From Marsupella aquatica (Eukaryota; Plantae; Marchantiophyta): DNA of 64,000 nt. The position numbers were made by a program, and so were the translations under genes. The notes below the pieces were generated by a model. It searched no databases and was not told the DNA's origin. It worked only from the letters and a program-made list of their open reading frames with translations. Where the stretch lies: NCBI GenBank assembly GCA_973895155.1, contig OZ316899.1:1635573-1699572 (forward strand), in the 5' to 3' direction. Positions 1 through 10,900 of this stretch are shown here, piece by piece (positions within the stretch are counted from its first letter, which is position 1; each line of letters starts with the position of its first letter).

Positions 1-2124
1 TCTCTCTAAAGCCACCGCTTCTTCTAATTGGTGCTTCTCCAACTGCTCCCTATGGAAAAAGGGTCCTACCTCCAACTCCTCTCCAAAGATGCCGAGCGCA
101 AGTTCCCCACACATCTCACCATACTCCATGGCTCTATTCTTAGCGTAGGTGGAGTAAGTAGAAGTGATCGGCATCGCCCATCGCGGCCTCTGCTCCCAAG
201 CCGTCTTGCGGATCTCTTCAATCGTGGCTAGAGGTTTGCTTCCTTTTTCGGCTAGCCGCCTGATGTCCTCCGGCCAATCTCCTCCTGGTAAATCCTTTTC
301 CCTAGCCAGGGCTGCCTCCTCTTCTTGCCTGATTCGTTCCTGAAATTCCTGCGCCGTCTGTTTTATGCCGTCAAAGCTCGGGGGAGCAACATCTGGTGGG
401 GAAGACTCAGGGCTACTCTGCTGGTTGGGGTCCCCTCGTACTACCCTTGGAAGTGTGGGGACAAACCGGCCACAGGTCCTTACTCCTGGAACGTGATGGT
501 CCGACCCATAGTCGGAGTTATCATGGCTGCAGTCCTCCACTGCCTCCTCTACTTCTTGGACGTCTGGCTTCTCCCTCTCCTCTTCGTCGGTAGGAGCTTC
601 AGGCAATTCTGCCTCAGATTCAGAGCTTGAGACTCCCACATACATTCGAACACCTGGCTTGGATTCCGGCCTGATTCTCTCCTTGTCTCCAGCAAAGGGG
701 TTTCCTCTTGTGAGCCGGTGTAGGCCTACCTCTGGAGTAGTGTCCTGCATTGTTGCCGTTGCCGTTGTCGTTGCCGATGCCGATCTCTTTTCTTTCTCCA
801 GTAGTTTCAGCAGACTCTGCATGCCTGGTTGTTGCATCGGCAAGTCCTCCGTCCTTGGCCTAAACACCTGCTCGATCGTAGGGCTAACAGGTGGTTGAGG
901 CTTCTCTGCTAACGGCCTTGGTGCTGGAGCTTCCTTGGGTGCCCTTACCTGCAGGGGAAGTACTGGGGCAAAAGTCTGACCTCTGGCATACCGGCACAAC
1001 AGCGGCATGTGATAGCCAAGCCGCGACACGCTCCCCATGCCGATTACCTGCTGCTCCTCCTTTAAGATCTTCTTCAATTGGTTGAGAAGGTACCCATTGT
1101 AGTCCCGGCTTGGGTCTGGCCTCTCTGCCATATAGACCTGTGCCTTGCCGATCTCTGCCCTCGGCAAGTTACAATGCATGGTCACCCGCAAGAAGTCGAT
1201 CATCTCTCCTATGTGCGGGTTGGTGCAGGTGTTCCGGAAGAAGCCATTCTTCGTTGATGGCCCGGGAAACGACCGGAACTCCTTGTCAGGCAAGGTCTTC
1301 CTGGTATCAACTTTGGTCTCATTGCCTATCGGCAAGCCAAACACTTCGGTAATCACTTTGGGAGTAAGATAGAAATCCTTCCCATATATCCTCGTGCAAT
1401 TGGTCTCGGGTTCCCATGACCCCACGAATTCTAATAGGTCTGACTCCGGTACCTCCGGCTTCAGCCATGGTAATCTTACAAAGGCCTCTAAGCCGGATCC
1501 GGCCATGAAGCCTTGGTACTTCTTGGTCTGCATGGCCGTAAAGCATGCATCCTCCTCCCGTGCAAAATGTAGTTGCACCTCCACCAGTAGGGTTGCCGCC
1601 CAGCCCTTCCAGGTGTCATCCCTGGTTGGAATGGCCTTGATGGGATTGACCTCCTCCTCTTTGGCTTCTCCCTGCCTCCTGCTCTGCTGCTCGGCTGGCT
1701 TCTTTGGTGCCGCCGACCTCGTTCTTTTTGCCGGGGTGACTTCATCGTTGACGGCTCCCTTCCTCTTCATCTCTGCTGCCGTGGAGGTTTCTCCTAGCAC
1801 CGTTGCCTGGGTCCACCTTTCCGTGCTACCCTTTAATTCCCAGTGTATGTCGTTGCAGTTCTTGATGGCCTCTCGGATGCCGACGATGCTGTCTTTGCAA
1901 AACAGAAGATCGTCGAGTTGATTGGAAGTAGGAGTCCACAAGAACTCGTCCTTGATGAGTTCGCCTCCTAAGAAAGCCGTCTTCTGCAGCTCCCACAATC
2001 GAGTGAGCTCCTGCCGTTCTCGAGCTGCCCTTTCTGATTCCTCGTCCTCGTAAGTCTTGATGTACTCAGTTGCCCGTTCGAATAGGCATCCCCAGAAATG
2101 TGCCGCTTGATTGACGTTGCTCAT
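1..2124 (-). CDS. LTR-encoded accessory protein, apparently uninterrupted for >700 codons, truncated by the window edge
   Basis: ATG at 2124 (MSNVNQAAHFWGCLFE...). The same frame was checked by hand at 1920-1801 (QLDDLLFCKDSIVGIREAIK...WELKG), 1533 (FAREEDACFTAMQ) and 129 (NRAMEYGEMCG). It is absent from the ORF track, which is consistent with no stop before the edge. Homologous to track ORFs 29192..29662, 28884..29291, 44327..44998 and 27453..27731. Confidence 0.8.
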   Translation of the reverse strand, partial: MSNVNQAAHFWGCLFERATEYIKTYEDEESERAARERQELTRLWELQKTAFLGGELIKDEFLWTPTSNQLDDLLFCKDSIVGIREAIKNCNDIHWELKGSTERWTQATVLGETSTAAEMKRKGAVNDEVTPAKRTRSAAPKKPAEQQSRRQGEAKEEEVNPIKAIPTRDDTWKGWAATLLVEVQLHFAREEDACFTAMQTKKYQGFMAGSGLEAFVRLPWLKPEVPESDLLEFVGSWEPETNCTRIYGKDFYLTPKVITEVFGLPIGNETKVDTRKTLPDKEFRSFPGPSTKNGFFRNTCTNPHIGEMIDFLRVTMHCNLPRAEIGKAQVYMAERPDPSRDYNGYLLNQLKKILKEEQQVIGMGSVSRLGYHMPLLCRYARGQTFAPVLPLQVRAPKEAPAPRPLAEKPQPPVSPTIEQVFRPRTEDLPMQQPGMQSLLKLLEKEKRSASATTTATATMQDTTPEVGLHRLTRGNPFAGDKERIRPESKPGVRMYVGVSSSESEAELPEAPTDEEEREKPDVQEVEEAVEDCSHDNSDYGSDHHVPGVRTCGRFVPTLPRVVRGDPNQQSSPESSPPDVAPPSFDGIKQTAQEFQERIRQEEEAALAREKDLPGGDWPEDIRRLAEKGSKPLATIEEIRKTAWEQRPRWAMPITSTYSTYAKNRAMEYGEMCGELALGIFGEELEVGPFFHREQLEKHQLEEAVALER

Positions 2125-2400
2125 ACCCTCCTTAGGTCGATCGTCGGTATCTACTCTCTCCCCGAGTGCTTGCCTAAGCAGCTGACAGTAGTTGGCCTCC
2201 CGTAGTCGTCTGCCTAGTTCGTGCTCGCAAATGAGCCACCATCTCCTGCAAGCGCTCCTTACCCCTCTCCTCTTCAGGTCCTTCCTCCCGTTGATCCTTC
2301 CTAGCCGCCGACGCTTAACGCGCCCTAACCCTAATCAAGTTTTCACCCCCAGCGTCCTTACCTCCGGCCTCGGCCCGGGTTCCATGGTCGCCCCTAATTG

Positions 2401-2406
2401 TTTATA
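2401..2406 (-). promoter_or_regulatory. Candidate TATA box of LTR G
   Basis: TATAAA on the minus strand ~95 bp inside the LTR start and ~280 bp upstream of the ORF ATG; motif match only. Confidence 0.35.
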
Positions 2407-2515
2407 TTTTCCTTGTTTTGTCCCTATACTAAGGTGTTTCTAGGGTGTCTTCCTGCTTTACCCACTTAACTGGCCGAGTGATTCCTGTCTAGGCATCACA
2501 GCAGCCGCCCCACCA

Positions 2516-3517
2516 ATGGCCCGCGCTGCCCAAGCTCCCCCACAAATATCACAGCGGTTGCGGTTCCATTATCGACCTTTCAATGGACGTCATGGGGATG
2601 ATCCGGATGAATGGCTGGATGAGTTTGAAGCCACTGCTAAGGCCAATGGGGAAGACGCCATTAAGCTAACCGTCCTCCCCGGGGTGATGCAGGAAGAAGC
2701 TTGTCCATGGTACAACTCGTTGCAACCCAGGATTACATGGGCACAATTCCAAGCTACGCCATTGGATCAGAGCAGCGTTCTTTATTAAAGATCGGCCAGC
2801 TTTGCATGGGAAAGAAGGAGTCCTCCAAAAGTTCATTCAGAAGTTTCAAAAATTGGCTGCCAAAATCCGGCCTAGGCCGGGTGATGCTCTCTAGCTTACG
2901 TGGTTCCTCCATGGTTTGCCCATGAATATGCAATTCTGGGTGCGCCAGAATAACCCAATTTCAATGCAAGCGGCCATAGCGTGCACCGAGACTTATCGGG
3001 AGTCCACCTATAACTCCTGGCGAAGCCAGTGGGCACGCCGCAGGAAGGGCAAGTACGAGACCTTCAGTGACAGTGACTCCAAATCGGACAACGAGAAGAA
3101 GAAGAAACTCAAGAAGAAGAAATATTGTTTGACCTCATCCAGTTCGGAGGCAGAATCTAGTTTGGATTTGACTTCGACCAGCGGATCCTCCACTTCTAGC
3201 TCATCAGGAAGTGATTCGGAGAGCAAGAGCCGGGGCAAAAAGAAGAAGAGGCGGGTTAAGAAGGAGGGAAAAATCAAGCCCCGTGTTTGAAGAACGATAC
3301 CCGATCCAAAGGCCGCCAAAATAGACAAGCTTAACAAAATCACGAATCGTCTCAAAGCACTGTCAGTACATCTCACGGAAAAACCTGTGGAGAAGAAGAA
3401 GCCACCCGAGACCCAAGCACATGCGTGGTGTTCAAAGTGCTTCCAATCTGGGCATGTCGTGCAGGAATGCCCAAGATGGAAGAACCGAGTCCACCAGGTG
3501 GAATTAGATGATGTTGA
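2516..3517 (+). pseudogene. gag: Element A gag, N-terminal part (frameshifted), with a CCHC knuckle
   Basis: Gag-like FNGRHGDDPDEWLDEFE...PWYNSL; CSKCFQSGHVVQEC at 3429-3470; split at 3517 by insertion H. Confidence 0.85.
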
Positions 3518-6500
3518 TGTGATATAGCAGTTATTCAGAATTTCTGTGAAAACTTTAAAATTTTCAACTTTTTGAGATAAGTAGTGATTCGCCTCAGGTT
3601 ATCTATATTAATTAGGAGCACTAGAGTAGTTAAGCCATCCTCAAGTACATCCCTGTAGTCTCCTAAAACTAGTTCCTTTTATAGCCATGTCAAACCGGAG
3701 TCACAGTAGCAGCTTATACGCTTACGCGCTGAGACGCATAGGCGCTGATGCGCCCAGACGCTTATGCGCAGCCCACCCTGCCGGTAACCAAAAGTAACCG
3801 TTGACGATGAGGAGGGAGTGACAGAGTGACTTACTGGACCACCTGCTTGCGATGAATATTTCCACTTCCCTGTTTGCTACCAAAGGCCTTGACGATCATA
3901 CGCCCATACGCAGAGACGCTTGAGCGCTGTGGCATTTATACGCTCATGCGCGATCACGCCAATACGTCCAACGTTTTGCAACTTAGATTTCTGTGGCAAT
4001 AGTGAATCAAATTCCAAGAACCGTGGCTACAACTTGCCATGGCGGGCGTGGAGGAGATGAGTGGCGATTCCCCTGTTCCGAAAGTTGTACCTGTGAAGTA
4101 CCCCGCACTGGAGAGGGATTTGATGTTATTGACCGATGCTCTAGAAGTTATGCACCTGGGAAAACTTCTATCCATTCCGTGGTCTTCTGTGTGTCCTACC
4201 TACTTGCGCAAGTTTGTTGATGAGTCTCAGATTCCAAAAGCTTTTTAGGAGACTATTCGAGCAGATCCCGAAAAATGGGACTTGGAATTTGTGGCCGACG
4301 CTTTTAGTTGTCCATCAGAAGGCTGTGGTTTACAATCTGGAAAGAGTACTCTATCTGATCCAATGTTTGTTGGGACGAGAAATACGAAGGCTGGATGGAA
4401 GCTAAATCAATGTATTGATTATACCTTCAAAATTATCCTTGAGTTTTTAGTGCCAATTTTCCATCCCACTCGACCTTACATGGTACCTGTATCTTTGGCG
4501 AACACATTTGTTACTTCATGGAAGGGACTTGCTGAAGTTAATTGGGGATTGTTATTGAGACACACCATCCTCAGTCAAATCAATGCTGTACAGAATGAAA
4601 AACCTACATACCTCCCAGCTTACCTCAGTCAGCTTTACTGGTATGGAGACTGTCTACTCCCACAGGAGAAGCTTGAAAGGATTGCACTATTGGAGGAATT
4701 AGATGTGGAACATTCGGAGGCTGATTCGAGACTCGATGATCTGAGAATGGAGGAAACATCAGAAGCCAGTCATCAAGAAATTATACCACCTGCTCTGGAA
4801 CTTATGGATGAGAATATTAATCCTCACGTTGAGATTACACCTTACCATACTAATAGTAGTCCAACCGACCACTCTCCTCTCCTTGTTATCCCTGCCAGTG
4901 AACACAATCATCCAGAGAAATTGATTGATGATGGGAAGGCTATTTTTAATCAGGATATAGTAGACAGTTTGTCCAGAATGCTGACCTGTGATCCAGAAGA
5001 AATCCTCCCTATTGTAGATAGATTAAGGACTGCTTCTGTTACTCAACCCTCACCAGCCTATAACTGTATTACTCATACAGTCCCACTTCCATTTATTCAC
5101 CCACCCAGAGTCCTATCCAATCAAAACATCCATTCACCAAAGGACAATCAGAAGCCCCTAGGACTACACATCACCTCTCTCTGACAGACATCAAGAATCC
5201 CGACACTATCATGGGATCCCCAATGGATGAGAGATTACCACCACTGAGAACAGATCTTCAACAAATTGTGACTACTTCACCCCGACATCCAACTGAGTAC
5301 TATTTTAATCTTGTGGGTGAGATTTGCAAGATGTTGGAATGTGATCCCGGTCATTTGATTGAAGTATTAGATGAGGTTATGTATAGATTATCACGTATTT
5401 CAAGCCACGACCAGCACTTGGAATACTGTGAAGATCTCGTCCACAGATTCACTCAGATGTTTGGCTACAACACCAAGCAAGTTTATTCTGCAGTTCGCTA
5501 TCATACCTCAGCATCAGGCTCTCCCATTTCTTATTCTAGTTCTCCTTCTAGCCATTCACCTACTTCTCCTTATAGTCCTTCAAACCAACCAAACCAACTT
5601 TTCCCTAGTTTTCCAGAACCTGAGATCACTCCTACAGATGCACATCTTGCCATTTCTTTCCCTGACACTCTTCCACCCAGTCAAGACAAGTCATGCAAAG
5701 TCAATTTTATCCCTACTCTGCATATTGATCCAAAAACCCCTCAGGAGAGTATTAAACAGTTTGCTGAGTTTGTTAGAGTCTCAGACCTTAGATCCCCTCC
5801 TATTTTGGAGTTTTGGAAATATTACCATAAGAAGAGAGTTGAATGCCTTTATATCTTGAAACTTCATCTGCTAGAGGTCACTCGCTTGGAGATAGCAGAG
5901 ATGGATGAGATCTGGACAGAAGCTGAGCATTTTTGCCCTGTACTCGCTGTCATGATCCTCGTTGGACACCTTGTATTGGAGAATGGAGATCTGGCTCTAG
6001 CTTATTTCGGGAATCTACCTGCTTATGTCCTGGAGTTCATCATTGTCTTCTTAAGACAAACCAAGAGGAGATTTCAGATGAATCATGAAGCTTCTCCAAT
6101 CCAGCCTGTTGTCCTCCAACGATTTGTTACTCTAGTATCTGATAAGCAGAGGATTTGGAATAACATCACTTCTCAGCGATTAACAGAGTATACTCTGAAG
6201 TGGCGTGAACTCCTACCTAGAGTTACTTCATTCCTACCATTTGCCAGAGACTCCGAGGTATTCATGGCCAAGTTTCCTCAAAACTACCATGCTACTTGCT
6301 GCACTTACAACTTCATTGGTATTTACATGCAAGCTAGCAAGGTAAATACCATGCTACATTGGAGGCTTCTTCCTGTACTTGATCTTGAACGACAGCGAAA
6401 GTCCTTACCTTTCTATCGGCATCACACTCAAGATATGGATGCAATTCAAGAAGCTATGCAGACCAACACCTACACCAAAGCTCAGCAACCAGATTTGACG

Positions 6501-7983
6501 GCACTACTCCAACAAGATTAGCTCTACTACGACCATAGTTAAGTTATATAGATCCACGCAATTTTAGTTAAATAGTTAAAATAGTCAGAAAAGTTTCATA
6601 CTTTTCCAGGAGATAGCCCTTACGTAGTAGAACCTACCCTGAAAATCTCAACTCAAACCGACATGATTTTTGAAAGTTAAAAATATTTTAGTTTTGTTGT
6701 TTTCTACTTGGACGCGAAAGCGCTAATGCGCTTATGCGCCTATGAGCTTATGCGCCCAGCATTTAGAAAAATTTTCGGTTTTCGTTTTCTGTAACATTTT
6801 AAACACTTTTACCTATTTTATTGAGACACTTAGGCACCTCAGAAAAGTCTCATATTTTACAAGCATGAAGAATATACATCAGAGACCACTTCAGCAAAGT
6901 CTCACCTTTTTATGACTTTTAGTTTAGAAATTAAAATTTGGATAAAACCCCTATTCATTAGTTTTACCAAAAATTCCCTTTTACAATAGTTAACCCTTGA
7001 GATATCTTTTAGTTAGTTTTTCATTCCAGGAACATTCCACTGAACCTTAGGTACTCCTATAGTCCACTTTTATTACTTTACTTTACCCATGACCCTTGAG
7101 ATAAGAAAATGCATGTCCTTTCATTAACTCTTTTCCCTTTTGTTCCTGCTAGCATATAAGTAGTAGTTCTCATGTCATTTCTTGTGTGAAGAAATTTCAT
7201 GAGCGCTCAGTTGCAAGTCAGCAACTTTGTTACCCCCATTTGTAGCAAACACTCTATGTTATTGATGAGTACTTAATACAAAGAATTTCTTCCCCTTCCT
7301 TGTGTTTGAATGTTGAGATTTCAGACCAGAGAAGTAAAACTTTATGATTGATGAATCTTTTGAATGTGTGGAGATAGATTCCTTAATTGGTGAAGGCTAT
7401 ACATTCTTGAGTTCTTGATGCATATGTTTTTGGCATAACATTGCTTGTGCACGAAGTGCAAAAAATGTTATCACCCAATTACCTATGACTTTAAGTTGTT
7501 GATGATGGTGCTTGATATTCATGACTCAAAGTACCGATTGGATGCTGAAGTGATTGGTTGTTAATCCTAACTTAGTACCTCGGAAGGAAAGGTTGAGATG
7601 TGTAGACGGCACCCTAACAACCATCCCAGTAAAGTATTCCATTCCAGAAATGTCCTTACAAGTTCAATACCTTAAATCATCTCAAATTAAGATATGTTGA
7701 GAAGTTACCTTGGTATTTTCCAGACTCCCTCACCATACCTCAAGATTTTATTGTGTTTTGTTAATTGTTTCCATTTTGTTATTTTATTTACAATGTTAAG
7801 CAAACATTCAAAACTATGCCTTGTTGAGAAATCATAGTAAAAGACTCACCTTTGTGTTTTTGTTACTTAAGTCATTCAAAAGTGCTAAATCATAGAAAAT
7901 AATTTCTTATATGTTCTTCCATGGGAACAAATACCGAGTTTTGGATCTTAAATGTTTATTTATGTCCCTAGTGTGATACTACA
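3518..7983 (+). mobile_element. Solo LTR H (4466 bp) carrying a long ORF
   Basis: Begins TGTGATATAG and ends GTGATACTACA. Perfect 5-bp TSD GTTGA at 3513-3517 and 7984-7988. No gag/pol and no internal LTR pair seen. Confidence 0.85.
4039..6521 (+). pseudogene. LTR H accessory ORF, probably one ~820-codon ORF with one in-frame stop (4246-4248) and one frameshift (~5100-5210)
   Basis: Track ORFs 4039..4248 and 4282..5184 share a frame; 5211..6521 follows in another frame that is open upstream. The N-terminal domain LSIPW...WDLEFVADAF...LEFLVPIFHPTRP...VNWG...YLSQLY resembles plant retroelement accessory ORFs (recalled, not searched). Confidence 0.65.
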
Positions 7984-7988
7984 GTTGA

Positions 7989-10900
7989 CAACCCGGACCT
8001 GAATTAGAGTCCACGGAGTATTTCTTTGAAGATCCCCCTGATTCGGTGTATCAAATTTCAACGGTAGGTCCGTGTAACTTAGCAGGTAGAATTGCATACC
8101 CCTGCCCAAACAATGGCAGAAGTTTCCAAGTTATCAGTAACCCGAGCATTCCTCCTAAGCCAGGGATTTGGCGATCCCCGATTTGTTACAACTGTGAGAA
8201 GCCAGGCCACTTTGCGAGGGAATGCACCAAACCAAGACGGCAGGGGGATGGCCGAGGCACACCACTATGTCAAGTTTGCAAAATGGAAGCTCACTCCACG
8301 GCCAACTGTCCATTGGTAATAGCCGCTCGAACAAATGCAGCAAGACCGGCCCAGGGCTGACCGGCCACGAGCGATGCAGTCGTCCAAATGATTGTTGTCG
8401 AATGGCAGGATGACAACACCAAGTGGGTAACTCTGGTGGACGTGGCGGAGCACCCTAATCCATCGGACGAGGCTGAGTGCTACCGAGTGTCAACAAGAGC
8501 CGAGCGGAAGGAAGAGAAACAGGAAGAAAAATGCAGGAAAAAGCAAGATACTACTCCAGTGCAGCCAGCGATAGATATACCCCCAGAGAAGGACGATGAC
8601 TACCTTTGGGATGACCCAAAGCTATTTTTCCCCCGCATTGAAGAATTGGTAAAGAAACAGTTGGAGGCCTACGAAGCTCGGGAATACCAGAAGGCAATCG
8701 ATAACGACATCAAAGCAGCCGAGGCTGCCCGGCGACAGGAGCAAGAAAAGCAGGAGGAGGAAGCCAAGCAGCAGCCAAAGGAAGAAAAGAAGGAGGACTA
8801 TGATATTAAGGAAGATGTGAAGAGTTGCCCGGTTACGGCAACGGTAGGGCAACTGCTGCAGAACAATCCATAGTACCGACGGCAACTGAGGGAGTTGCTT
8901 ACGGGTCGGCGACGGAGGCGACTACCCAGAGTGGGGATCGCAGACTGCAACATGATATGCGAGGACCTTGGAGCGCCGGACATCTCGATTGAGATCAATA
9001 ATTGTACCATCAAGATGGTTCTCGTAGACGGAGGAGCGGGAGTCAACATCATGACTGAGGAAACATCAGTTAAGTTAGGATACCTCACGTGTCAACCCAC
9101 AGCCCGAGCGATCAAATTAGCCAACGGGGCAAGGGTCTTTCCATTGGGCATGCTCACGCGGGTGCTCACCCTTGTAGGAGGGGTGGAGTTCTATCTCAAC
9201 TTCCTAGTCATGAAGCCGGTTCGGCCCTCCTGTTATCCCGTCCTTCTAGGCAGGCCGTGGCTGTATGGTGGCCGTGTAGTCACGGATTGGGGAAAGAAGG
9301 AGCTACGGTTCGGGACACCCACAGTACGAGTATCATGGGCAATGGATGATTATCAGGGTGAAATGCCACAGGGACCCGAGGAATATGATTCGGAGACCTC
9401 GGAGGAAGAGGAGCTCAATATGATTGAACTCATTTCGTCCCTGTCCAAGGAAGATGTCTTCGGAGTAGAGGCAACCCGGGAAACGCATCTCTGGAATTAC
9501 CTGAAAGTTGCTATTGAGTCCACCCCAAGCACCTCTACCGCCCGAGCCAAAGAAACGCAAAAACGTCCCATCAATACGGAGGACACGGCTCCAACTAAGC
9601 AGGGAGCCGATGTTGCTTTTACCAGTACAGAGCCTAGTGACCACGCCACGGCCAAACAACTGCCGAGGCCGAAAACCCAAAACCGAGGCATAAGAAACAA
9701 AACTCCTGGGACCCGTCCATCCTGTAATTGGAGGTAGTAACTCCAATTCCAAAACCAATCCTGGTTCCACCCATGTACGGAGGAGTTCGGTTAGCGGAGT
9801 TGGATGCAAGCTTGGACCCGAGCTTGCGGAACCAGGTGGAAGTCATAAGGAGGGAGCACTACCGGAAGTACACCATTGGGATGGATAAGTCTTTTAACCT
9901 GGGACACGCTCTGACGGGGGAGGCAGAAAAATCTATCCAAGCCCTGCTCAAGGAATATGAAGATGTGTTCGCATGGAGCCATCACGATTTGAGGGGAGTC
10001 TCCCCCGAGTTGGGAGAACACACAATCAATTTGAACCTCGGGGCCCATGCAGTACGACAGTGACAACGTTGCATGAACCCAAGGTACTCCATCTTAGTGA
10101 AGGAGGAAATCGATTGCCTCCTCATCGGAGATATCATCTACCCGGTAATGGCCAGCAACTGGGTTTCTCCCATTGTCATTGTACCAAAGAAGGGAGGTAC
10201 GGACGGAAAACCTAAAATCCGAATCTGTCAGGACTATTGTAAGCTAAACGACGCAACCCGGAAAGACCATTACCCGTTACCATTCACGGATATGGTTCTC
10301 GATATGGTAGCCCGAAACAAAATTTATACATTCCTTGATGGGTATTCGGGTTATAATCAAATTTGGATCCGCCTCTCGGATCAACTCAAAACAACGTTCA
10401 CTACGGAATGGGGGACGTTCACATTTTGGAGAATGCCGTTTGGGCTGTGTAATGCCCCGACCATGTTTCAACGACTCATGATGAATATCTTCCATGATTT
10501 CCTACGGGAATTTCTGGAAATATTTATCGATGACTTTGCCATCTTTGGAACTGTCGCCATGCACCCCGAACATCTACGGCGTACGCTACAACGATGCCGA
10601 GAGGTTAACCTCAAGCTACATCCCGCCAAATGTTTTTTGGGGGTAGAGGAAGGAGTGTTACTCGGGCATCGTGTGTCCAAACAGGGTATTGAGGTGGACC
10701 AAGAGAAGGTCACGGCTTGGATGGCAGTGGTGTTTCCCGTAGATCAAAAAGCGGTATGATCCTTTTGGGGTTGTGTAGGGTATTATCGTTGGTTCATTAA
10801 AGATTTTGCTAAAATTGCGTTACCCTTAACTGAGATGATGAAGAAGGACGCGGTGATCAAGGAGACACCCAGGAGACGGATTGCTTTCGAAGAACTCCGT

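Larger units (their letters stand above)
1..2500 (-). mobile_element. Large protein-coding LTR (copy G) of an Athila-like Gypsy family, 5' end at 2500, running off the left edge; inserted just upstream of element A gag
   Basis: The minus strand begins TGTGATGCCTAGACAGGAATCAC at 2500, nearly the same start as the D LTR (TGTGATGCCTTGCCAGGATCAC at 40499). It contains an ORF homologous to the LTR ORFs at 27116-29662 and 44059-45426. The other terminus and TSD lie outside the window. Confidence 0.7.

Noticed and set aside
1394-1921. Many 60-200 aa ORFs antisense to or overlapping TE genes (e.g. 1394..1921, 19745..20332, 33169..33789, 50808..51275)
   Set aside because: They are shadow frames of real coding sequence on the opposite strand and have no recognisable motifs.
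1-2124. Antisense ORF belonging to element A upstream of gag
   Set aside because: A TGTGATGCC LTR start at 2500 and homology to LTR C show it is more likely a separate inserted coding LTR.
2323-2334. Telomere-like/telo-box motifs (CCCTAACCCTAA here; AACCCTAA-type at ~29847, ~45605, 56272, 57678)
   Set aside because: Only one or two units each; such motifs are common in plant TE promoters and do not indicate telomeric arrays.
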